Shown here piece after piece: positions 51,960-64,000 of a DNA stretch of 64,000 nt. The translations under genes were made by a program, and so were the position numbers. Position 1 is the stretch's first letter, and each line of letters begins with the position of its first letter. A model generated the notes under the pieces. That model saw only the letters and a list, made by a program, of their open reading frames with translations. It had not been told where the DNA came from and searched no databases. The stretch is from Octopus vulgaris (taxonomy: Eukaryota). The stretch covers positions 144,336,001 through 144,400,000 of the forward strand of contig OX597817.1 in the NCBI GenBank assembly GCA_951406725.2. Direction: 5' to 3'.

Positions 51960-52345
51960 GGCGGCGAGCTGGCAGAAATACTTTGCAGTATTTCGCCCGT
52001 CATTACGTTCTGAGTTCAATTTCCGCCGAGGTCGAATTTGCCTATCATCCTTTCGGAGTCGATTAAATAAATACCAGTTATGCAGTGGGTTCGATGTAAT
52101 CGGCTTAATCCCATTGTTTGTCCTTGTTTGTCCCCTCTATGTTTAGATAGACCCCTGTGGGCAATACAGAAATAAATATATACAAACTTATGCGCACGCG
52201 TAAACACGAAAAGACATAATCAAATTGGTATTTATGCATTCATAGAAGGTGGTCGATAAATTAAGTACCGGTTGTGTACTGGGGGTCCGATCTACTCGAC
52301 TAGCCCGTCTCCCAAATTTCAGGCCTTGTGCCTATTGAAGAAGGG
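51960..52345 (+). mobile_element. Diverged Nin/Deu SINE plus a separate tail fragment
   Basis: Head at 51960; alternative-tail fragment 52250-52345. Confidence 0.75.
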
Positions 52346-52559
52346 ATATTTATGCATTTATAATCACACAGAAGGTAATGTTATTTCTTCTGTGGAAACA
52401 ATCTTCGGTGGCTATACCAGAATAAGGAGCTATTTCTAGCACTAGAGTTAGCTACTTACCGTTAACTCTCTTATATTTATGTATAAATTTGTACTGTCTC
52501 CCTGATTTCTATGTGCTAGGCCACTTGGTGTTAAACTGACGGTATTATTAAATTAAACA

Positions 52560-52790
52560 GGGCGGCGAGCTGGCAGAAACGTTAGCACGCCGGGCGAAAT
52601 GCTTAGCGGTATTTCGTCTGCGTTACGTTGTGAGTTCAAATTCCGCCGAGGTCGTCTTTGCCTTTCATCCTTTCGGGGTCGATAAATTAAGTACCAGTTA
52701 CGCACTGGGGTCGATGTAATCGACTTAATACCTATGTCTGTCCTTGTTTGTCCCCTCTGTGTTTAGCCCCTTGTGGGTAATAAAGAAATA
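52560..52790 (+). mobile_element. Nin/Deu SINE with 16-bp TSD
   Basis: GGTATTATTAAATTAA at 52541-52556 and 52791-52806. Confidence 0.92.
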
Positions 52791-52828
52791 GGTATTATTA
52801 AATTAATGTCTAATTTTTCACCCTCATT

Positions 52829-52829
<1 letters not shown>

Positions 52830-52898
<69 letters not shown>

Positions 52899-52999
52899 CA
52901 TATATATATACGTATATATGAACATATATATATACGTATATATGAACATAAATATGTATACACATATATGAACATATATATGTATACACATATATGAAC

Positions 53000-53030
<31 letters not shown>

Positions 53031-53116
53031 TGAACATATATACATATATACACATATATGAACATATATACACATATATACACATATATGAACATATATA
53101 TGTATACACATTTATG

Positions 53117-53150
<34 letters not shown>

Positions 53151-53380
53151 CATATATATGTATACATATATATGAACATATATATGTATACATATATATG
53201 AACATATATATGTATACACATATATGAACATATATATGTATACACATATATGAACATATATATATATACACATATATGAACATATATATATATATATATA
53301 CATATATATATACACATATATGAACATATATATATACACATATATGTCCATATATATATATATACATACATACACACACA
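52830..53380. repeat. (TA)n-derived minisatellite punctuated by ATGAAC
   Basis: Recurring ATATGAACATATA units. Confidence 0.9.
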
Positions 53381-53584
53381 ACCGCACGGATAGGAACAAA
53401 CGCAATAAAATAAACCAATAACATTATTTTCTGAATAGCATTACTTGCGGTCGATTTAAACTTCCTTTTGTGTGTGTGTGGTTTGATACAATAAAATAGC
53501 AATGGAAAATATCAATGTACTACAACTATAATACATTATATAACACAGCTATGATATATCATATAATACAACTATATGCAATAT

Positions 53585-53919
53585 CGTGGCAGTTCGTCGG
53601 TTACGACGATGAAGGTTCCAGCTGATCCGATCACAGCCTTCTCGTGAAATTAACGTGCAAGTGGCTGAGCAACCCACAGACACGTGTACCCTTAACATAG
53701 TTCTCGGGGAGAAATACAAGTACAACAGAAACAGGATGAAAGAGAGAAAGTTGTGGTGTCAGAGTAGAGCAGGGTTCGACACCACCTCCTGCCGGAACTT
53801 CGTGGAGGTTTTAGGTGTTTTCGCTCAATAAACACTCACAACGTCCGGTATGGGAATCGAAACCGCAACCCTGCGACCACGAGTCCGCTGCCCTAACCAC
53901 TGGGCCATTGAGCCTCCAC
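53585..53919 (-). mobile_element. tRNA(Arg-like)-headed SINE with another distinct tail
   Basis: Head at 53919; tail includes AATTAACGTGCAAGTGGCTGAGC..GTACCCTTAAC. Confidence 0.8.
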
Positions 53920-53961
53920 CTATATATTATATAGTACAACTATAACAATACTGCTATAATA

Positions 53962-54134
53962 TATTCTTTCCTGCACAAGGCTCGAAAGTTAATAATTTTT
54001 TTCCAGTCGATTTGATCGATCCCTGTGCGCAACTGATATTTAATTTATCGAACCCGAAAGGATGAGATGCAAGGTCAACCTCAACGGAATTTGAACTCAA
54101 CGTAAAGACAGACGAAATACCGCTAAGCATTTTG
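53962..54134 (-). mobile_element. Nin/Deu SINE truncated by the RTE fragment
   Basis: Stops at GCTAAGCATTTTG. Confidence 0.8.
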
Positions 54135-54788
54135 CTGAAATGGGGTTTTCTCCGAAGGATCTCGGGAGCAACTTTACTCGACAGGGTGCGTAGCTCGGAG
54201 ATCAGTGATTATCACCAAGTCCGGCCACTAATTCTTCGCATTGAGAAGTCACAGCACCCTTACTAAGTGCATGTGATTAGAATGTTGCAGGAAATGATCG
54301 CAAGACGGATTCTTTAAGCCGAGCCAACCGACATGAAAGCTCAGGATAAATCAAGAACGAGATGCTTGGACAGTATCCATAATCACAGTCGGCTTCACTT
54401 GGGATGTACGCGCTAACCTGAGTCAGCGCATTCTCCATGCCAGGAATGCTACGGCAACGGCTGCTTCGTGATCTGCAGAGGACAAAGGACATCGTACCAT
54501 TCGCCATGTCACGAATGCTACACCAGCTGCTGCCGAGCGATCTGCAGAGAACAAAGAACATCGTGCCATGTCAGGAATGCTACAGCAATCCTCGCTGAGC
54601 GAACTGCAGATAAAAATCATTGTGCCATTCGCCATGCTAGCAACGCTACAGCAACTGCTGCTGCGCGAGCTGCAGAGAATGAAGAACAGCATGCCATTCG
54701 CCATGTAATGACAGTGGCTTAAGAAGGAGGTGTTAAGAACTCCACTTTTCCAGGAATAACGGGCAGAGAAAATGGATCGATGGATGGT
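54135..54788 (+). mobile_element. RTE-clade LINE 3' fragment interrupted by a Helitron-derived insert
   Basis: GFLRRISGATLLDRVRSSEI...PLILRIEKSQ..HVIRM..RTRCLDSI..LG; ends GAAAATGGATCGATGGATGG. Confidence 0.8.
54406..54706 (+). repeat. 301-bp near-identical copy of 56515-56813
   Basis: Identical except one 2-bp indel. Confidence 0.97.
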
Positions 54789-55559
54789 ATCGAATGAGCC
54801 AGGAGAAGCTCGTAACATCGAAGGAGGCAGTCAGATTATGTGAACCAACCAAAGATTGAATTTGCACCTGAACTGGTTCACGCAGCACGTTATAGTCTTA
54901 TAAATAAAATAGCTCCCGTTTTACTGCTGACTGGTTGGATAATGGGAGCTGAACGAATCTGTAAATTGTCGAGGCTGGATGGATGAAAGGCACTGGACTT
55001 CAGTGGAATTTAAACTCAGTATGTAAAGAGCCGGAAGAAATAAGGAAGAGTTTGTTTCCGATCTTCTAACAATTCTATGGGCTCATCAGCTTAATACAGT
55101 ACAAAATATAATATACTATGGTTACTAACGATATCTTTTAATTATAAAAGCCGGCAATAATGTTAGTTGGTTGTTTGATTGGTTGGTTGAATTCTCTAGT
55201 CACACGTAACATCATGTAAAGAGAAGAGAAGCGGAGAGAGAGTTAACGTAAGAGATGAATGATGTGAGCACATACAAGGCTTGGAGACAGAATGAGAAAG
55301 TAAGGAAGCAAATGACAAAGCAGTTACGGAAGCAGTTATGAAAATGAGAAATTTGTTTTATTTTATATCATTTTATGGTAATAAATATTTTCTTTCTGAT
55401 AATTAGTATTCATTTCATCATTTTGAGCACCATAAAATTAGATAAAAGTTAAATTACATTTATTGTATGCCTTGCCATATTTCCTGGTATTATCCAAGGT
55501 GGTAAAAGTACACTTTTAAAGTTACCGTCACATGACAGGTATATATATCATACAAATGG

Positions 55560-55711
55560 CTCCCAACCATATGGTTCCGGGTTCAGTTCCACTGTGTGGT
55601 ACCTCGGGAAAGTATCTTCTACTATAGCCTCGAGACAACCAAAGCCTTGTTGGTGGATTTGGTAGGCAGAAACTAAAAGAAGCCCGTCGTATATATATAT
55701 ATGTGTGTGTA

Positions 55712-55760
<49 letters not shown>

Positions 55761-55986
55761 ACGAGTCAGTGATCCTGTGTTTGTGTTTGTCTCCCGTCAT
55801 CCCTGACAACCATTGTTGGCTTACTTATGTCTCCGTTACTTAGCGGCTCGACAAAAGACACTGGTAGAATAAATACCAGGCTCTTATAAATAATACTGGG
55901 ATCGATTCATTCGACTGAAAACTCTTGAAGCCGGTGCTCTAGCATGGTTGCAGTCTAATGATTGAAACAAATAAAAGATAAAAGAT
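55560..55986 (+). mobile_element. CORE-type SINE
   Basis: Core, (TG)n and tail. Confidence 0.82.
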
Positions 55987-55990
55987 AGTC

Positions 55991-57230
55991 TCTATATATA
56001 AAACAAAGGATGTGTGTGAATGTGTGTGTGTAGTACTATGCATTTCTACAGTTTTCAACCGATTTTCACCAAACTTTACACACACATTACTTATGTGACA
56101 AGGATGGTCATGCACTATAATATTTTGCCCAGAGCTCCCGCTTAAAGCGAGAGACCGGGCAAAAAGTTGTTTTAGACGAATTTTTCGCTAAAACTTCTGC
56201 AATTTAAACCGATTTTCTCTGTTTTCTATCCCTAGATTTTTTGCACTCTGTTTATTTAAATTTACTTTTGCCACATCTGCATTTTGTAATGGAAGCTTCT
56301 GAACTCTGAGATAATCCCACCTAAGAAAAGAGCCAGTATTGGTCGCAAAACCGCCGCAGTAGAGATATCGAAGACAGGCAGAGCAAATGACTCTTCATAT
56401 GAGACTGCACGAAAACATTCAGAATATGCTGCTTCCACAGTCACCGCAAGAATAGTAGAAAGCGAGGAGGAGCGTACCACTCGACAGATTAGATATGGTT
56501 CATTAACTGCTTCAGTACGCGCTAACCTGAGTCCGCATTCTCCATGCCAGGAATGCTACGGCAACGGCTGCTTCGTGATCTGCAGAGGACAAAGGACATC
56601 GTACCATTCGCCATGTCACGAATGCTACACCAGCTGCTGCCGAGCGATCTGCAGAGAACAAAGAACATCGTGCCATGTCAGGAATGCTACAGCAATCCTC
56701 GCTGAGCGAACTGCAGATAAAAATCATTGTGCCATTCGCCATGCTAGCAACGCTACAGCAACTGCTGCTGCGCGAGCTGCAGAGAATGAAGAACAGCATG
56801 CCATTCGCCATGTCAGGAATGCTACAGCAACTGTTGCTGCGCAAACTGCAGAGAAAAAAAATCATCGCACCATTCGCCATGCTAGGAACGCTACAGCAAC
56901 TGCTGTTGCGCGAAATTCAGAGAACGAAGAAGTGCGTGCCATTCCATATCCTTTGTTTCTTATATGTATTTTCATCAATTTCAAGTCATTATGCACACCT
57001 ATATTTCAATTTTTCAAAGAAAAACCGGCATTTTTCTCTATTTTTCCGGTTGTGATTTCTTTAAAAAATATTTTATACGCTTTATTGAATTTTGGTACGT
57101 TTTGGCGTAGAATTCTGTACGTGTTTCAAAAAAAAAACGCTTCGGTAGCGCTTGTTATTTAGACTAGAAAATAAATGTTCTTAGAAAGACGAAGCGTTCA
57201 CAATCCGGGCAACGCCAGGTACCTCTTTAG
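55991..57230 (+). mobile_element. Internally deleted Helitron retaining RepHel N-terminal 23-aa (69-bp) repeats
   Basis: 5' TCTATATATAAAA; PPKKRASIGRKT start; repeats AIRHVRNATATAAARTAENEEQ; 3' hairpin CCGGGCAACGCCAGG then TTAG|T. Confidence 0.8.
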
Positions 57231-57259
57231 TACAATATAAAATAAAAATAATAGCTACC

Positions 57260-57422
57260 GTGGAGGCGCAATGGCCTAATGGTTAGGGCAGTGGACTCGC
57301 GGTCGTGGGATCGCGGATTCGATTCCCAGACCGGGCGTTGTGAGTGTTTATTGAGTGAAAACACGAGGCTCCGGCAGGGTGGTGGTGGCGAACTCTGCTG
57401 TACTCTTTGACCACAACTTTCT
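57260..57422 (+). mobile_element. tRNA(Arg-like)-headed SINE, 3'-truncated
   Basis: GGAGGCGCAATGGCCTAATGGTTAGGGCAG head. Confidence 0.8.
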
Positions 57423-58050
57423 TTCGAGGGAACGTGGAGTAGGCGAAACAGGGACAATTGAAGAAGGGGAATATTCCTTGTGTTGTATCCCTTCTACTCT
57501 GTTTTTTCGTTGCTTGAAAAAAAGTTCGTTTCCATGTTTTTGTTTTTATGTTTTCGTTTCTCATTGTGTTCAACGTTTTTTGGTGTCCTGTACCCATATA
57601 TGAATGTATATATACATATAGATGTAGATATGTACATATATGTATGTATATATGCATACATTTATATATTATTTATGTTATTATATGATCGAACGCCACG
57701 CATCCATTTCTAAGTAAGTTTTATCTATATATATATATATAAACAGTATATATAGATAAAACTCACTTGGAAATGGATGTGTGGCGTCCAATCATATAAT
57801 AATATTAATAATATATATATGCATTTATACATGCATATATGTACATACTTGCATATACATGTATATATATATATGCACATATGTGCACAGAACGTCACGG
57901 AGCGTAAACAAAATGAAATTCAGAATACGAAAACATGGAATACAAACTTTCTTTTGCGAACAACGAAAGAAAGAAATGGAAAAGAAGACAAGCAACATAA
58001 AGATCGACCCTTCATCAGTTGTCGGCGGTTTCTCTACTCCGTATTTCGAG
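57423..58050. repeat. Old fold-back centred near 57740 with hammerhead-core-like words (Penelope-like)
   Basis: CGCCACGCATCCATTTCTAAGTAAGTTTTATCTATATA vs TATATAGATAAAACTCACTTGGAAATGGATGTGTGGCG; outer arms GGAGTAG..GAAAC..GACAA(C/T)TGA(T/A)GAAGGG. Confidence 0.7.
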
Positions 58051-58081
58051 CGCATATATATATGTGTGTACATACATACAT

Positions 58082-58134
<53 letters not shown>

Positions 58135-58191
58135 CATAGATATACATACATATATGTATGTATATGTACACACATACACACACACACATAT

Positions 58192-58315
58192 ACGACGCGT
58201 TTTTTTTTCCGTTTCCGTCTACCAAATCCACTTACAAGGCTTTGATCGGCCGGAAGCTATAGTAGAAGACCCCTGCCCCAGGTGCCACGCAATGGGACTG
58301 AACCCGGAACCATGC
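58192..58315 (-). mobile_element. CORE-type SINE fragment
   Basis: Reverse complement of the core region. Confidence 0.8.
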
Positions 58316-58321
58316 TATGCT

Positions 58322-58411
<90 letters not shown>

Positions 58412-58500
58412 TGCATACATACATATATGTATGTTTGTATGTATGCATGTATATATATATATATATGCATACACACATATATGTATGTTTGTATGTATGC

Positions 58501-58535
<35 letters not shown>

Positions 58536-58566
58536 TACATACATATTTGTATGTTTGTATGTATGC

Positions 58567-58603
<37 letters not shown>

Positions 58604-58634
58604 TACATACATATATGTATGTTTGTATGTATGC

Positions 58635-58692
<58 letters not shown>

Positions 58693-59479
58693 GTATATAT
58701 ATTATGTATATAAAAAAACATGCATACATACAGGAACCATTTTCATGATCAACAATCGACAACGGGAATGGAGTTTTCCCAATCTCCAAATGATGTTTTT
58801 TTTTTCCCCACTGCTATCTGTTGTTGATCCAGTGCGATTACATTCTCTTTGCATTATTGTATGTGTGCTGGAAGCTTTATTGGGTCATGTGATATCATTA
58901 AATAATTTATAGAATTTCCTCGCTTGCTCTTCCATAAAAATAACAATCAACTTTGATTTGCGTATTTATCTTTTGTTTTATTTCATCGGGTTCGATTTAT
59001 AGAACTGAAATACTGCTTCTACACTTTGGAAATATGTATCAACAAGAGAAATGTTTACAATGCCAAAACAGTCATAACTGAGTTCTTTAAGATGAAAAGA
59101 AACAACCGAAAAAAGTAAGCAACTAGTCAAAATAAAAAAAAAACTTAGGAAGCGTTGCTCATATTCAGATATGATCATCTGCAATCGATATATAGTTTGT
59201 GTAATAACACTCTATATATATATTTACATTTTCCCTATCTAATTTCCCATGCACTCGCTAATGTACTTTATCTTATCATTCTCTCCATAACAAAGATGAT
59301 AAAACTCATTCTTTTCTCGTGAAACACAGCATTAACTCTCTAATCTGTTTCCAGAGTGTCATACAAGTGAGTCTGCTGCTGCTGCTGCTGCTGCTAATGC
59401 TGCTGCTATTTCTAACCGTCCTTTCCACATGCGCTACATTCCTCTTTCTCCTCCTTACTTCTGTTATTATTATCCTCCT

Positions 59480-59818
59480 TATCGTCGTCGTCGTCGTCAC
59501 AGTCCTCATCGTCGTCACAGTCCTCATCGTCGTCGTCGTCGTCATCATCAGAATCCTCATAATCATACTCATCATCATCATAATCATTATCATCATCATC
59601 ATCATCATACTCATCATCATCATAATCATTATCATCATCATCATCATCATCATACTCATCATCATCATAATCATTATCATCATCATCATCATCATCATCA
59701 TACTCATCATCATCATAATCATTATCATCATCATCATCATCATCATCATACTCATCATCATCATAATCATTATCATCATCATCATCATCATCATACTCAT
59801 CATCATCATCATCATCAA
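59480..59818. repeat. (CAT)n-based compound repeat with ~42-48-bp higher-order units
   Basis: ATACTC(ATC)nATAATCATT recurring five times. Confidence 0.93.
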
Positions 59819-59926
59819 TGTTTCTCTTCTTTCTCATTGTTTTTTCTTTTAAGCAAAACTTCCCTGATATCCAAAACCCAAAAGTGTGGGCGTCAGATCA
59901 AAAATAGCCTGTCTGCAACATATCAC

Positions 59927-59928
<2 letters not shown>

Positions 59929-60001
<73 letters not shown>

Positions 60002-60080
60002 TTGTTGTTCTTGCTGCTGCTGTTGCTGCCGCAGCTATTGTTGTTGCCTCTGTCCTTGTTGTTGCTGTTCTTGCTGCTAC
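59929..60080. repeat. (CTG)n / (TTG)n trinucleotide tract
   Basis: Direct reading. Confidence 0.95.
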
Positions 60081-60292
60081 TTGCTTGTGAAAATAATATT
60101 GTTTATCCAGCAAAGTTTTGACGATTGCTTCTGTAAAAGAACAGATTCGTTTAAATAAATACGTAGACACATATTTGTGTGTCCGTATAGTACATACACA
60201 CATATATATACATACATACACACAAACATACACCCCCCCCCACACATATACATACATACACACTCACACACACATGTACATACACGCGCGCG

Positions 60293-60332
<40 letters not shown>

Positions 60333-60850
60333 AATACAAACACACAGTACTTTTTTTTTTACTATTTCTTGATCAGAACTTGTTCTGCTTACCGTTTCTT
60401 GGTAAGCACGGGTTAACAGCGAAACAGCGGTAAATACAGGCAGGCCATGACAAGTGCTGTACTTTAATAAGTACAGTTCTAGATAGGAAAAAAGTACGGG
60501 TGATATCATATCAACATGTAAATGTAATTCATTCTCAGTGTTAAATCGGAATTTGATTTTGGCAATTTCTAATTTCTTTATGCCCTTATAGATGAAAGAT
60601 TTCTGTTAAACCAGGGATCGGTGTGCAATTACAACGGGTCGAAGATAGCCTAGGAGTCGAATAGTGGTTGGCGTGCGAAGGACCAGTTCAGCCAGATGAA
60701 CTGCTTGAAATGCTTAGTCAATGATGTCGTAATCTGTATCGTAATCGAAGATTGGGAGGTGTGATTGAGGGGATGCGAACTGTCAAGTGTTTGCTTATAG
60801 AAATTGCCTGAACCTGGAGGAACGAGGTGATTTGAGACTGAAACTGGCCA

Positions 60851-61229
60851 GGCGAAGGAGTGGCTGTGTGGTAAGTAGTTTGCTTACGAACTACATGGTT
60901 CCGGGTTCAGTCTCACTGCGTGGCACCTTGGGTGAGTGTCTTCTACTATAGCCTCGGGCCGACCAAAGACTTGTGAGTGGATTTGGTAGACGGAAACTGA
61001 AAGAAGCCCGTCGTATATATGTATGTATGTGTGTTTGTGTTTGTCCCCTCAACATCGCTTGACAACCGATGCTGGTGTGTTTACGTCCCCGTAACTTAGC
61101 GGTTCAGCAAAAGAGACCGATAGAATAAGTACTAAGCTTACAAAGAATAAGTCCTGGGGTCGATTTGCTCGACTAAAGGTGGTGCTCCAGCATGGCCACA
61201 ATCAAACGACTGAAACAATTAAAAGAGTA
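60851..61229 (+). mobile_element. CORE-type SINE, full length
   Basis: Complete head, core and tail. Confidence 0.92.
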
Positions 61230-61544
61230 ACATTCAGCCTGATAGCAATGCCTTGATTCAGGATCACCATGCTCATAACTCACATTGATGTTATTAGTTT
61301 CAATAAAAGATATTCCAGCAATATGATGCATTTTTCACATTTTCTAACCGCGAAAACAAACTAATAAAAACTTAATGTTTAATACTGTATGCTCATACAC
61401 GTCGTTTTAAACGTAAAAAGCGTGTCATCTCGAATAGAATTTCTTAATTTGTCGTATATGTATATTTTAGCTGACATTTTAATTGCCACCATCAGTACCA
61501 TTTTAGATATGGTAGGGTAGGGTAGGGTAGGGTATTTTAAATGA

Positions 61545-61731
61545 GGTGGGTGGTCGATGCTGAAGGAAAAGTGGTTAACGGGGGTTGATGCGGAAGAAGT
61601 GGCAGAAGGAGGTCTATGTAGAAAGAGAAATGTCGAGAGGGAGTCGATGCGGAAGAAGTGGCTAAAGGAGGCGATGCGGAAGTAGAAGTGGCTGAAGGGA
61701 GTCGATGGTCGAAAAAGTTTGGCGACCCCTT
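61545..61731. mobile_element. hAT-type MITE end with subterminal repeats
   Basis: GTCGATGCGGAAGAAGTGGC repeats ending AAAAAGTTTGGCGACCCCT. Confidence 0.55.
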
Positions 61732-61777
61732 TGTTAAACGAAAGCCAGAACACAACAGAAACAACCCTTTCTGATTT

Positions 61778-62870
61778 TTGTACAAGGGTAACAATTTTGA
61801 TGGAAGGGAACAAGTCGTTTAATCGACTACAGAACTTGATTTGTACTTATTTTATCGACCCTAAAAGGATGAAAGGCAAAGTCGACCTCGCGGGGTTTGA
61901 ACTCGAAACGTAAATCCGGAAGAAATGTCGCTAAGCATTTTGTCCGACGTAGTAACGATTTTATCAGCTCGCCGACTTACGAACTACAAATAAGGATTTC
62001 AAATTTTGGTACGAGGCCAACCGTTTTGAGGGGAGTGGAAGAAAATGATATCAACCCCAGCAATTGGTTGGTACTTATTTTATCGTCCCCAAAAGGATGA
62101 AAGACAAAGTCAACTTCAGCAGGATTTGAAGTCTGGAGAAATGCCGTGAAGTGTTTTGTTCGACGTACTAAAGATTCTGTAAGCTCGCCGCCATGCAAAA
62201 CAAATAATGATTTTTAATTTTGGAATAGGACCAGCAATTTCGTGGGCGGGTGTAGGTTGCTTACATTCATCAATGCTCAATTGGAACTTGTCTTTTCTAC
62301 TCTAGGTACAAGGCCCACAATTTTGGGGAGGGGCCAGTCAATTAGATCGACCCAGTGCGGAACTGGTACTTTATTTATGGAACCCCGAAAGGATGAAAGG
62401 TAAAGTCGACATCGGCAAAATTTGAACTCAGAACATAAAGACAGACGGAATACCGCCAAGCATTTCGCCCGGCGTGCTAACGTTTCTGCCAGCTCGCCGC
62501 ATTGAAATATTCGTTTCTACTCTAGACATAAGGCCCGAGATTTTTGGAGGGGAGTGGGGCAGTCGATTAGATCGACCCCAATACGCAACTTGTACTTAAT
62601 ATATTGACTCCGAAAGGATGAAAGGCAAAGTCGACCTCTGCGGAATTTGAACTCAGAACGTAGAGGCAGACAAAATACCGCTAAGCATTTCTCCTGGCGT
62701 GCTAACGTTTCTGCCAGCTCGCCGCCTAACTGGAACTTATCTTATCGACTCCGAAAAATGAAACGCAAATTCGAGCTCGCCAGAATTTGAACTCACAACG
62801 CAAATGCGGACGAAATGCCGCTGGAAATTTTGTCCGATGCACTATAGCTTTTCTTCTAGCTCGCCGCCAC
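61778..62870 (-). mobile_element. Head-to-tail cluster of about five Nin/Deu SINEs of different ages
   Basis: Five successive ...AGCTCGCCG heads on the minus strand. Confidence 0.85.
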
Positions 62871-63244
62871 ACGAAACAGAAATAATGATAAACATACTAG
62901 CTAAACAGTATAAGTAGACGAAGTATCTGATGACGATAGGAAATTTAATATAATAGAAACTACAGGGAATCGTTTATGGTTAATATATTGAAGTAAACAG
63001 AGAAAATATAATTCCTTGTCTCGACTTATTGACATGTTATTGGGTGTTGTCCAAATATAAGATGCAGAAATCGAAAGTTGAATAACATAAGGCTGCCAAG
63101 ATCTTTGGCGTAGGAAATCTACATTAAGAACGAAATTTTCATTTATATAAAACAATTTATTATATTAACAATGACAAACACTGTCTAAGAGCAGAGCCTA
63201 ATAAAAAAAATATCAGATTTATTTAGAACGATATTATAATTGCT

Positions 63245-63581
63245 GAGACCCTCTTCGGGCATGACTGACCGTGGGATTGCGCCTAGGAAGTTACCCCGCC
63301 CCGGTACAAGTCCGGGTAAGGTTGTTTATGGAAGACCAGCAGTCGCCCATGCATACCGCCCTCTCTTCTCCACGCCATCAGTGTCATCCAAGGGAAAGGC
63401 AACGGCCAACACAGCTTGGCACATTTGACGTCGCAACTCATTTCTACAGCTGAGTGAACTGGAGCAACGTGAAATAAAGTGTCTTGCTCAAGAACACAAC
63501 AGGCAGCCCGGTCCGGGATTCTAACTCACAACCTCACGATCGTAGGCTCGACGCTCTAACCACTGAGCCATGCGCCTTCAC
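63245..63581 (-). mobile_element. tRNA-derived SINE
   Basis: Minus-strand head GAAGGCGCATGGCTCAGTGGTTAGAGCG; TGTGTTCTTGAGCAAGACACTTTATTTCACGTTGCTCCAG shared with 25370. Confidence 0.8.
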
Positions 63582-63804
63582 TGATATTATAATATATAAA
63601 GTGATTTAAGACGGCTTGCCAGCAGAATCGTTAGAGGCATTTTGTCTGTCATTATATTCTGAGGTTCAAATTCCGCTGTGGTCTATTTTTGCTTTTCGTC
63701 ATTTTGGGGTCCATGAAATAAATACTAATTGAGTACTGAGGCTGATGTAATCGACTTACCCACTGCCTTGGAACTGCTGGCTACGTACCAAAATTTAAGA
63801 CTAA

Positions 63805-64000
63805 CTAGCAGTATCGCCCGGCGTTGCTCGGGTTTGTAAGGGAAATAACTATAAAGCATTTTTAGAGAGTTATAGCCAAAAAATAGCAAAACAATGGGAA
63901 AAAAATGATGGTAAATTTTTTTTTGAGAGTTAAAAAGGTCGAGTTGCATCCCCTAGACCATCTGTGGTTTGTGTTTCTGATTGTCGACCCCATGTCGAAT
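63805..64000 (-). mobile_element. Helitron 3' end (runs out of the window)
   Basis: A|CTAG followed by hairpin CCCGGCGTTGCTCGGG. Confidence 0.75.

Noticed and set aside
54406-56813. Diversity-generating retroelement TR/VR pair
   Set aside because: No adenine-specific substitutions, only a 2-bp indel; the RTs present are LINE-type
59306-60263. Asp-rich, His-rich or poly-Ala proteins
   Set aside because: Trinucleotide repeat tracts open in several frames, with no non-repetitive coding context
60610-60850. GC-richer block, possible LINE remnant or exon
   Set aside because: No recognisable motif or clean splice boundaries by eye

Overview
Eukaryotic, AT-rich, repeat-dominated DNA. The SINE repertoire and microsatellite load suggest a cephalopod (Octopus-like) intron or intergenic region; this is inference. 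No host protein-coding gene is convincingly identifiable, only a few short splice-site-bounded exon candidates. Content: >20 copies or concatemers of a Nin/Deu-domain tRNA-SINE, about 10 CORE-type SINEs and several other tRNA-headed SINEs with swapped tails. LINE remnants come from the CR1 group (one 5'-truncated copy with an uninterrupted ~650-codon RT ORF), L1/Tx1, R4/Dong (RLE) and RTE clades. There are also Tc1/mariner, hAT, Helitron and Helentron remnants, a 5S rRNA-derived sequence, and several Penelope-like fold-back elements with minimal hammerhead ribozyme motifs. Best leads: a tRNA-headed, hammerhead-bearing fold-back element (48.5-49.0 kb); a 5S-headed SINE sharing the CORE-SINE tail; an ORF1-only (HAL1-like) Tx1 derivative; a twin-priming-type inversion; a 301-bp templated insertion; fixed-junction SINE concatemers; an HDV-like ribozyme fold; and microexon candidates. 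Most ORF-track entries are microsatellite or SINE artefacts. Repeat boundaries were read by eye and are approximate.
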